Assembly (NCBI GenBank): GCA_031411295.1
Contig: JANOAV010000118.1
Coordinates: 1-16,592, forward strand
From: Verrucomicrobiales bacterium
GTDB lineage: Bacteria; Verrucomicrobiota; Verrucomicrobiia; Verrucomicrobiales; V1-33
Length of the DNA stretch: 16,592 nt
Reading direction: 5' to 3'
A model generated the notes under the pieces. That model was not told where the DNA came from. It worked only from the letters and a program-made list of their open reading frames with translations, and did no database searches. How positions within the stretch are numbered: the stretch's first letter is position 1; every line of letters begins with the position of its first letter. The translations under genes and the position numbers were made by a program. Shown here piece after piece: positions 1-6,644 of this stretch.

Positions 1-137
1 AAACGGATCTGCGAAACGCCATCGAAGCCTTTATCCAAGCCACCAATAATCACCCGCGACCATTTGTGTGGCGCAAGAGAGAGGTCAAAGGCGCCCAGCT
101 TAGAAATACAATTGTTAACTTGTGCAACTAAGCACTA
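1..137 (+). mobile_element. Right end of an IS630-family insertion sequence (transposase C-terminus, partial; stop at 129-131; ends at TA target 136-137)
   Basis: The frame from base 3 reads TDLRNAIEAFIQATNNHPRPFVWRKREVKGAQLRNTIVNLCN*, matching the typical IS630 C-terminal pattern L..AI..FI...N..P+PF.W.K. The stop is followed by ...GCAC-TAG, the typical IS630 end with a TA target. Confidence 0.8.
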
Positions 138-245
138 GTTCATGGTTTACTCTGCCCATAAGCCCCAGTTCAGCCGAAGGACCGGAAAGATACTTTCCCT
201 GCACTCTTCACATATCTGAATTATGGCCTACGTGGCGCCCTTGTA

Positions 246-274
246 TTGAATTTTGCATCAACTGTAAATAAAAT
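246..274 (+). promoter_or_regulatory. Putative sigma70 promoter TTGAAT-N17-TAAAAT facing the 21-bp array
   Basis: TTGAAT at 246-251, a 17-bp spacer and TAAAAT at 269-274, within the most AT-rich stretch of the window. A TGnTACCAT extended -10-like motif also lies at 277-285. Confidence 0.5.
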
Positions 275-390
275 TCTGCTACCATGGCAAAAATTCTTGT
301 CCCACCCAGGGAAATTTAGTATCCGCCAGCTTGCCCATTTCCCACCAACTAGGACGCATTCCTCCCCGACTCATGCCCCCTCCAACCCGA

Positions 391-705
391 CTCGGAAATG
401 TCATTTCCGGGGTCGGAAACGTCATTTCCGAGTCCGAATTTTTTCGAAGACAACTGGGAAACGTCGTCCCCCAACTGGGAACCGCCATTTCCGAGATCGG
501 AAACGTCGTCCCCCAGCTCGGATTTGTCATTTCCGAGATCGGAAACGTCATCCCCCAGCTCGGAAACATCATTCCCGAGATCTGAAACATCATCACCCAG
601 CTCGGAAACATCATCCCCCAGCTCGGAAACATCATTCCCGAGGTCGGAAACGTCGTCCCCCAGCTCGGAAACGTCATTCCCGAGTCAGGAAACGTCGTCC
701 CCGAG
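391..705. repeat. Tandem array of 15 x 21-bp quasi-palindromic units (consensus about CTCGGAAACGTCATTCCCGAG), one unit (433-453) divergent
   Basis: Units start at 391, 412, 433 ... 685 with an exact 21-bp period. CTCGGAAA and TTTCCGAG are reverse complements. Units mostly alternate ...CCCAG and ...CCGAG endings. Confidence 0.95.
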
Positions 706-862
706 TAGGGTTTTAGCGCTTCCTAGCAATCTGAAATCGTCATAAACCACTCATATTCAGCGAGTTAAACCGGAAGCGCTCCATTTGAGCCAAAACAGCG
801 ATTGGAACAAAATCCGGTAGGGACATGCTGTGCCCGCCTCGAAAAGAAAGCCCTCGCAAAAC

Positions 863-890
863 TTGCCTTCCTTCACGCTCTCTCTACACT
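863..890 (+). promoter_or_regulatory. Putative sigma70 promoter for hsdM (TTGCCT-N16-TACACT)
   Basis: -35-like TTGCCT at 863-868 and -10-like TACACT at 885-890, 70 bp upstream of the hsdM ATG. Confidence 0.35.
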
Positions 891-960
891 GCGCCCGCCG
901 ACCGCTGCGTCGAGTCCCACCGTGGCGTTTTCCGCCCAGTTCTCCCTTTAAATTACCCAC

Positions 961-2415
961 ATGTTCGAACAAGCTTTCAAAAACATCGACGACGTGCTCT
1001 GGAAAGACGCCGGGTGCACCAGCGAGCTGGATTACACCGAGCAGACTTCCTGGCTGCTCTTCCTGAAATACCTCGACGCTCTGGAGCAGGATAAGGCCAC
1101 CGAGGCCGCGCTCGACGGAAAGAAATACAGCCCCATCCTCGATGCGCCTTACCGCTGGGAATCCTGGGCGGCTCCCAAAAAGGACGGCAAGATTGATCAC
1201 AACACCGCTCTCTCCGGGGATGACCTCATCCAGTTCGTCAACGCCAAGCTCTTTCCCTACCTGCATGGCTTCAAGCAGAAGGCCACGGGGCCGAATACCA
1301 TTGAATACAAGATCGGGGAGATCTTTGGGGAAATTAAGAACCGCATCCAGAGCGGGTATAATCTGCGGGAAATCATCGACCACATAGACCAACTGCGTTT
1401 TGCCTCCCAGACCGAGAAGCATGAGCTGAGTCATCTTTACGAAGCCAAGATCAAGAACATGGGCAATGCCGGGCGCAACGGGGGCGAATATTACACCCCG
1501 CGTCCGCTCATCCGCGCGATTGTCACGGTAGTGGATCCGAAGCTGGGCGAGACCATCTGCGACCCTGCGGTGGGCTCTGCTGGCTTCCTTTGCGAATCCT
1601 TCGACTACCTCCGCACCCAGAACCCCAAGCGCACCACCGCGCAGGATCGCACCCTGCAAGAGCGCACGTTTTACGGGAAGGAAAAGAAGTCGCTCGCCTA
1701 CGTCATTGCCATCATGAACATGATCCTGCACGGCATCGAGGCGCCGAACATCATGCACACCAACACGCTGGCCGAGAACCTGGGGGATGTGCAGGAGAAG
1801 GATCGGTTCAACATCATCGTGGCCAATCCGCCCTTCGGCGGCAAAGAGCGGAAGGAAGTGCAGGAGAACTTCCCCATCCGCACGGGGGAAACGGCATTTC
1901 TCTTTCTCCAGCACTTCATCAAAATCCTCAAGGCCGGTGGGCGCGCGGGCATTGTCATTAAGAACACGTTTCTTTCCAACACGGACAACGCCTCCGTCAG
2001 CCTGCGGCAGAAATTGCTGACAGAATGCAATCTCCACACCGTGCTGGACTGCCCCGGCGGCACGTTCATCGGTGCGGGCGTGAAGACCGTCGTGCTCTTC
2101 TTTGAGAAAGGCACCAAGACCCGCAAGGTCTGGTTCTACCAGCTCGACCCCGGCCGCAACATGGGCAAGACCAACCCGCTCAACGACGCCGACCTTGCCG
2201 AGTTCATCGCGCTGCAAAAGACCAAAGCCGACTCCCCCAAAAGCTGGAGCGTGGACGTGGCGGACATCGACCCCAAGACGTTTGATCTGTCCGTGAAGAG
2301 CCCCAACGGCGGAGAAGAAATCGCGCACCGCAGCCCGCAGGAGATCATGGAAGAAATCGCAGCACTGGACGCGGAGAGTGCAGAAGTGCTAGGCAACATC
2401 AAGGCGCTGTTATGA
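961..2415 (+). CDS. hsdM: Type I restriction-modification N6-adenine methyltransferase subunit M
   Basis: 484 aa with HsdM N-terminal region (EQTSWLLFLKYLD), GEYYTPR, SAM-binding DPAVGSAGF and catalytic NPPF. ATGA overlap with hsdS. Confidence 0.97.
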   Translation: MFEQAFKNIDDVLWKDAGCTSELDYTEQTSWLLFLKYLDALEQDKATEAALDGKKYSPILDAPYRWESWAAPKKDGKIDHNTALSGDDLIQFVNAKLFPYLHGFKQKATGPNTIEYKIGEIFGEIKNRIQSGYNLREIIDHIDQLRFASQTEKHELSHLYEAKIKNMGNAGRNGGEYYTPRPLIRAIVTVVDPKLGETICDPAVGSAGFLCESFDYLRTQNPKRTTAQDRTLQERTFYGKEKKSLAYVIAIMNMILHGIEAPNIMHTNTLAENLGDVQEKDRFNIIVANPPFGGKERKEVQENFPIRTGETAFLFLQHFIKILKAGGRAGIVIKNTFLSNTDNASVSLRQKLLTECNLHTVLDCPGGTFIGAGVKTVVLFFEKGTKTRKVWFYQLDPGRNMGKTNPLNDADLAEFIALQKTKADSPKSWSVDVADIDPKTFDLSVKSPNGGEEIAHRSPQEIMEEIAALDAESAEVLGNIKALL

Positions 2416-3623
2416 AGAAGGGGTGGCAGACAAAGAAGCTGGGGGATGTGACGACTAAAATCGGCAGCGGAGCTACTCCGCGTGGTGGGGATGAGTCATA
2501 CAAAGCAGAGGGCATCTCGCTAATCCGTAGTTTGAATGTCTATGACGATGGCTTTCGCGAAGCGAAGCTGGCGCATATCGATGAAGAACAAGCTGACGGC
2601 CTCTCCAACGTCGTTGTCGAACCCCACGACGTATTGCTGAATATCACAGGAGCATCTGTTGCCCGATGCTGCCGTGCGCCTGCTGACTTCTTGCCTGCCC
2701 GCGTGAATCAACACGTTGCAATCATCCGACCCGTTCAAGAGAAGCTCGACTCCGATTTTCTCCAATACCTGCTCATTTCAAAAACCTACAAGGACCGCCT
2801 CTTGCACACAGGGGAAGAAGGCGGGTCCACTCGACAGGCGATTACGAAGGCCCAGCTTCAGGAGTTCGTTGTCGAGTTCCCCCCGCTGGCCGAACAGCAG
2901 CGGATCGTCGGCCTGCTGGACGAAGCGTTTGAGGGCCTCGCCACCGCCAAAGCCAACGCCGAAAAGAACCTCCAAAACGCCCGCGCCCTCTTCGAAAGCC
3001 ACCTTCAATCCGTCTTCACCCAACGCGGCCCGGGGTGGAAGCAAAAGACTCTAGAGGAAATCGCTACGACCTTTGGCCGAGGCAAGTCGAAGCACCGCCC
3101 CCGCAACGAGCCTAAACTTTACGGGGGGAAATATCCGTTCATCCAAACGGGCGACATCCGAAACGCCGACCATTTCATCACGGAGTATTCCCAAACTTAC
3201 AGCGAACTTGGACTAGCCCAGAGCAAGCTTTGGCCGAAGGGGACAATCTGCATCACCATCGCGGCAAACATCGCAGAGACGGCAATCTTAGACTTCGACG
3301 CGTGCTTTCCGGACAGCGTCATTGGCGTCGTGGCAAATCCGAAAGAGGCTGAAGTCGGTTTCATCGAATACCTGCTCCAGTCATTCAAGGCGCGCATTCA
3401 AGCGCTGGGAAAAGGAAGCGCTCAAGCCAACATCAACATGGGAACGTTCGAGAACGAGCGGTTTCCATTCCCACCTGTTGCCCAGCAAAGAGAAATCGTC
3501 GCCAAGCTGGATGCATTATCCGAAGAAACCCAACGCCTCGCCCGCCTCTACGAGCGGAAGCTGGCCGCGCTGGAAGCGTTGAAGAAGTCGCTGCTGCACC
3601 AAGCCTTTTCCGGAGACCTTTGA
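2412..3623 (+). CDS. hsdS: Type I restriction-modification specificity subunit S (two TRDs)
   Basis: 403 aa. Two variable TRDs, each followed by a conserved PP..EQ..IV..LD helix (FPPLAEQQRIVGLLD; FPPVAQQREIVAKLD), and C-terminal LKKSLLHQAFSGDL. Confidence 0.96.
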   Translation: MKKGWQTKKLGDVTTKIGSGATPRGGDESYKAEGISLIRSLNVYDDGFREAKLAHIDEEQADGLSNVVVEPHDVLLNITGASVARCCRAPADFLPARVNQHVAIIRPVQEKLDSDFLQYLLISKTYKDRLLHTGEEGGSTRQAITKAQLQEFVVEFPPLAEQQRIVGLLDEAFEGLATAKANAEKNLQNARALFESHLQSVFTQRGPGWKQKTLEEIATTFGRGKSKHRPRNEPKLYGGKYPFIQTGDIRNADHFITEYSQTYSELGLAQSKLWPKGTICITIAANIAETAILDFDACFPDSVIGVVANPKEAEVGFIEYLLQSFKARIQALGKGSAQANINMGTFENERFPFPPVAQQREIVAKLDALSEETQRLARLYERKLAALEALKKSLLHQAFSGDL

Positions 3624-3655
3624 CCGCTTGACCTCGGCCCCGAGTCACCGTATTT

Positions 3656-4393
3656 ATGGACCATGTCGCTGAAACAAAAATCAATCACTCTGAAACCGGG
3701 AACCATTCGTGCGTTCGCTGGCGTCCGTGGCCGTGTGAAAGCTGCCGTGGCGGCTCAACCCCGCTCCGTTTCCTTGTCCGATGCTTTGATGCAAACCCGC
3801 AGGTTCCAGAAGTCGGACGGAACGAAGAAATAGACTGGTTCAAGAAGTGGGAGTCGGCACGGCTGCTGGAATGGGTCAAGGGGTGTGAGCACACCACATG
3901 GGAGGACCTCAGCCTGCCCGAGATCGCCCGAGGATCCGAGCACTTGGTCCTGTTCGATGATCAGACAAGTGAGGTCGTGAAGATCACCCTGCCCGGAACC
4001 TATGGGGACTATTACGAGATCATCGACGGACGCATCCACCAATTCGACAGCACTCCGGGTGAGTATTTATTGCGCATGCGTTGGTGGAAGAAGCTCTTTT
4101 CCACTGCTCCCGTCCCTTTTGGCATGACGGAAAGCGGGCAGATCATTTCCCGTCAGAAGTTCATTAGTGGTGATCCACCGCAACAGGAAGAGGTCGATCA
4201 ATTTCTTGTCGAAGCAGGAGCAGTGGCCGTGCGGCAGAAATGCTGGCTGTGGAAAAAGATGGATGTCGATCCGGAGAGCGAGATCTGGATCGGAGATGCA
4301 CGTTCGGACAATTTTGTATTGGCGGAGGAAGGGATCATTCCGATTGATATCCGGGTCTGGGGAGTTCCCACTACTATCAGCGGCAGCCAATAG
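3656..4393 (+). CDS. Putative protein kinase of the polyvalent-protein kinase (Kinase-PolyVal-like) family
   Basis: Motifs in kinase order: GSEHLV, VVKIT (catalytic Lys), TPGEYLLR, IISRQKFISG, IGDARSDNFV (catalytic D....N) and IIPID. The N-terminal 55 aa look atypical and overlap another ORF. Confidence 0.7.
   Translation: MDHVAETKINHSETGNHSCVRWRPWPCESCRGGSTPLRFLVRCFDANPQVPEVGRNEEIDWFKKWESARLLEWVKGCEHTTWEDLSLPEIARGSEHLVLFDDQTSEVVKITLPGTYGDYYEIIDGRIHQFDSTPGEYLLRMRWWKKLFSTAPVPFGMTESGQIISRQKFISGDPPQQEEVDQFLVEAGAVAVRQKCWLWKKMDVDPESEIWIGDARSDNFVLAEEGIIPIDIRVWGVPTTISGSQ
3663..3833 (+). CDS. Putative 56-aa basic small protein overlapping the kinase 5' end in the +1 frame
   Basis: ATG 3663 to TAG 3831-3833: MSLKQKSITLKPGTIRAFAGVRGRVKAAVAAQPRSVSLSDALMQTRRFQKSDGTKK. 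Absent from the ORF track (probably below its length cutoff). Composition is more protein-like than the overlapped Cys/Trp/Pro-rich kinase N-terminus. Confidence 0.45.
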   Translation: MSLKQKSITLKPGTIRAFAGVRGRVKAAVAAQPRSVSLSDALMQTRRFQKSDGTKK

Positions 4394-4401
4394 TTACTCC
4401 A

Positions 4402-4512
4402 ATGAACCAACTCGAAACCCAACGGCTCTCCCGCCTCTACGAGCGGAAGCTGGCCGCGCTGGAGGCGTTGAAGAAGTCGCTGCTGCACCAAGCTTTTACC
4501 GGAGAATTATGA
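4402..4512 (+). CDS. 36-aa mini-ORF encoding a stand-alone HsdS C-terminal helix
   Basis: MNQLETQRLSRLYERKLAALEALKKSLLHQAFTGEL*, versus the HsdS end ETQRLARLYERKLAALEALKKSLLHQAFSGDL*. Its TGA overlaps the next ATG (ATGA at 4509-4512). Confidence 0.5.
   Translation: MNQLETQRLSRLYERKLAALEALKKSLLHQAFTGEL
4414..4512 (+). repeat. Direct repeat of the hsdS 3' end (copy 2; matches 3525-3623)
   Basis: 91 of 99 bp identical by manual alignment. Differences are synonymous or conservative (A>S, S>T, D>E). Confidence 0.95.
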
Positions 4513-5183
4513 TCATGCCAAGCAACCCAACAAAAAAAATCTCTTTCAATCATACAGGAATCACCACGGTCGGTATCGATGTGGGCGGCGTGCGTAAAGG
4601 GTTTCACGCCGTCGCGATTACCGATGGAGCCTATTACGACTGCATTTCCACCAAAGACGAGCAGGAACTTTCCCGCTGGTGTAGAGAAACCGTGCGGGCG
4701 CGAGTCATCGCAGTGGATGCGCCATGCCGTTGGAGCAAAGACGGCCACTGCCGCCCCGCCGAGCGGTCACTCATGCAAAAGGGTATCTGGTGTTTCTCGA
4801 CGCCGACAGGAGAAAAGGCGGTCGGACACAATTACTTTAGCTGGATGCTGCGAGGCGAGGCGTTGTTTCATGCGCTCGAAGCTGAATTTCCGCTGTGCCT
4901 CGAGTTGCCTGCCCCAGGCCGGAAGTGCTGTTTCGAGACTTTCCCGCACGCCATCACTTGGCAGCTTCGTGGCGGCAACGCGGATGCGTCCAAAAAGCGA
5001 AAGCAACGCAGAGCGTTGTTGGAGAAGGCGGGAATCGACCTCACCAAGTTGACCAACATCGACCTCATTGATGCTGCTTTATGCGCCCTGACAGCTTATC
5101 ATGCCGCCACGGCAAAAGAGTGCGAATCCTTTGGCGAACCTGACACAGGTTTGATCATCGTGCCCAGCCAGCCCAAACCTTGA
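4509..5183 (+). CDS. DUF429-family predicted nuclease (RNase H-like fold)
   Basis: Motifs VGIDVGG, VIAVDAP, RPAER, FETFPHA, IDAALCALTA, G.IIVP. The start is probably ATG 4509 or 4515 (GGAGA at 4501-4505), not 4167 as in the ORF track. Confidence 0.85.
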   Translation: MIMPSNPTKKISFNHTGITTVGIDVGGVRKGFHAVAITDGAYYDCISTKDEQELSRWCRETVRARVIAVDAPCRWSKDGHCRPAERSLMQKGIWCFSTPTGEKAVGHNYFSWMLRGEALFHALEAEFPLCLELPAPGRKCCFETFPHAITWQLRGGNADASKKRKQRRALLEKAGIDLTKLTNIDLIDAALCALTAYHAATAKECESFGEPDTGLIIVPSQPKP

Positions 5184-5224
5184 GGAAGTCGCTGCTGCAC
5201 TAGGCCTTTTCCGGAGACCTTTGA
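5180..5224 (+). repeat. Direct repeat of the hsdS 3' end (copy 3; matches 3579-3623)
   Basis: TTGAGGAAGTCGCTGCTGCACTAGGCCTTTTCCGGAGACCTTTGA is 42/45 identical to the hsdS end. It overlaps the DUF429 stop and ends 1 bp before the ASCH ATG. Confidence 0.93.
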
Positions 5225-5225
5225 A

Positions 5226-5636
5226 ATGAAAGCACTGAGTATCAAACAACCCTGGGTTCACGCCATCCTGCACGAAGGGAAGGATGTGGAGAATCGCTCG
5301 TGGCAACGGGACTTTCGTGGCTGGGTGGCCCTCCACGCTTCTGCCAAGCCCATACGGGATGAAAAATTTCCCCGAGGGCATCAAGTTCCACCGCTAGAGG
5401 ACCTGGACTACTCCGCCATCTGCGGCATCGCCCGTGTGGTGGACATGGTGACCAAAAGCCGGTCCAAATGGTTCCATCGGCCAGACGACGGTGAGGTCAA
5501 TTACGGCTGGGTGCTAGCGGATGTAAAACCGCTGGCCAAACCGATCCCCTGCAAAGGCGCGCTGGGCTTGTGGGACGTGCCACCCAAGGTGTTGAAGGAA
5601 CTGCAACGCCAATTCCCAAAGCTTAAGCTGTTGTGA
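5226..5636 (+). CDS. ASCH domain protein
   Basis: 136 aa. MKALSIKQPW..AI..GKDVENRSW (GxKxxExR motif), RGWVALHAS, YGWVL, PIPCKGALGLW. GGAG at 5213-5216 could serve as the RBS. Confidence 0.92.
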   Translation: MKALSIKQPWVHAILHEGKDVENRSWQRDFRGWVALHASAKPIRDEKFPRGHQVPPLEDLDYSAICGIARVVDMVTKSRSKWFHRPDDGEVNYGWVLADVKPLAKPIPCKGALGLWDVPPKVLKELQRQFPKLKLL

Positions 5637-5708
5637 GACACTGAAGGAATCCCTGAGGCACCGGGGGGAGTGGGAGGCCTTTGGGAGGAGCATGCAGCGG
5701 GTGGGGAT

Positions 5709-5801
5709 GACATCGTTGACGTTGTTGACATTCGTGACGTTGTTGAGGTAAGTCATAACAAACTGGTCCGCCCGGTCAAACCCGTCAACAAAGTCCCACC
5801 A
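5709..5801. repeat. Inverted blocks of 9-bp-period repeats: 4 x GACnnnnnn then 4 x GTCnnnnnn
   Basis: GAC at 5709, 5718, 5727, 5736 (gacatcgtt gacgttgtt gacattcgt gacgttgtt). GTC at 5766, 5775, 5784, 5793 (gtccgcccg gtcaaaccc gtcaacaaa gtcccacca). Confidence 0.8.
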
Positions 5802-5819
5802 CCACCCAAAACCCTTCAC

Positions 5820-6575
5820 ATGCCTGAGCTGTTCGACAAACACGGCGGATTTCGTCGGCTGCATTCCTTCACGCTGGCCACAATAGTGCAGATGGAAACC
5901 CTGCGGTTCTGCCGACGCTTTCTGACCTTCGACCACCGTGAGACGGGCACCAAATTCTACGATCCCAAAGGTCGCCAATACGACCAGATGACCCAGGCGG
6001 CGCGCAGCGGACGCCAAAACATCATCGAAGGATCGGAACGCTCCTCCACTTCCAAAGACACGGAAATGAAACTCACAGACGTGGCCCGAGCCAGCCTCAG
6101 TGAGTTGCGGGGCGACTACGAAATCTTGATTCTGGACCGAAACCAGCTTCCCTGGTCCGTCCATTCCCCCGAGGCCAAGGTGGTGAATGCCATTTCGTTG
6201 GATGCCGCTCCCTTTACCAACGACATGGTCCACGAGTCCGCCAAACACGCCATCGAGCAGCGGAAGAAATACGCCCGCTGGCTGGACTCGGACGACGCGG
6301 TGGAAGTGGCCAATGCCATGCTCATCATCATTGGCCGGGCGTTGAATATGCTCAAGAGCCAGATCGAAGCCCAAGGCAAGACATTTACAGAAACCGGAGG
6401 CTTCAACGAGCGACTGATGTCCAAACGCCTTGAAGCACGGGAAGCCCAAAAAGCCACCGTCCCCGGCCCAGACTGCCCGCAATGCAGCAAACCCATGCGC
6501 CAACGGAAGTCCGCCAAAGGGGACTTCTGGGGTTGCTCCGGCTACCCAGAATGCAAAGGCACCCGCGCCTGTTAA
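5820..6575 (+). CDS. Four-helix-bundle protein (23S rRNA IVS-protein-like) with suffix domain and C-terminal topoisomerase-type C4 zinc ribbon
   Basis: HGGFRRLHSF, DQMTQAARSGRQNIIEGS, E.KLTDVARASLSELRGDYE, suffix ANAML...F...GGFNERL and CPQC...FWGCSGYPECKGT. The start is probably ATG 5820, since the longer ORF start only reads through the 9-mer repeats. Confidence 0.88.
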   Translation: MPELFDKHGGFRRLHSFTLATIVQMETLRFCRRFLTFDHRETGTKFYDPKGRQYDQMTQAARSGRQNIIEGSERSSTSKDTEMKLTDVARASLSELRGDYEILILDRNQLPWSVHSPEAKVVNAISLDAAPFTNDMVHESAKHAIEQRKKYARWLDSDDAVEVANAMLIIIGRALNMLKSQIEAQGKTFTETGGFNERLMSKRLEAREAQKATVPGPDCPQCSKPMRQRKSAKGDFWGCSGYPECKGTRAC

Positions 6576-6601
6576 TCAGAATTGACGGCACTCCCAACCC
6601 G

Positions 6602-6637
6602 GTCAACTCTGTCAAATCTGTCAGTCAAGTCCCCTCA
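6602..6637. repeat. Second block of 4 x GTCnnnnnn 9-bp-period repeats immediately before hsdR
   Basis: gtcaactct gtcaaatct gtcagtcaa gtcccctca at 6602, 6611, 6620, 6629. Confidence 0.75.
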
Positions 6638-6644
6638 CCAACTC

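Noticed and set aside
391..705. CRISPR array or TIGR-like guide array
   Set aside because: Units are contiguous with no unique spacers of guide length, and no cas or tas-like gene is visible in the window.
246..745. ORFs 246-716, 279-677, 331-585 and 398-745 as genes
   Set aside because: They are low-complexity translations of the 21-bp repeat, which is open in most frames simply because of its 3n period.
757..2328. 523-aa minus-strand ORF
   Set aside because: It is an antisense shadow of hsdM caused by GC-rich codon bias and has no recognisable motifs.
3628..3656. Internal promoter TTGACC-N17-TATTTA before the kinase and small ORF
   Set aside because: The -10 lacks the conserved final T and overlaps the kinase ATG, so it is too weak to call without TSS data.
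4167..4508. N-terminal extension of the DUF429 ORF
   Set aside because: It overlaps the kinase and reads the hsdS tail out of frame. Family motifs start only after 4509.
2412..5224. Classical invertible hsdS shufflon (phasevarion)
   Set aside because: The repeats are direct, not inverted. The extra copies carry no TRD, and no recombinase gene is in the window.
5820..6575. Diversity-generating retroelement (Avd-like gene)
   Set aside because: No reverse transcriptase is present, and none of the repeat pairs I aligned shows adenine-specific mismatches like a TR/VR pair.
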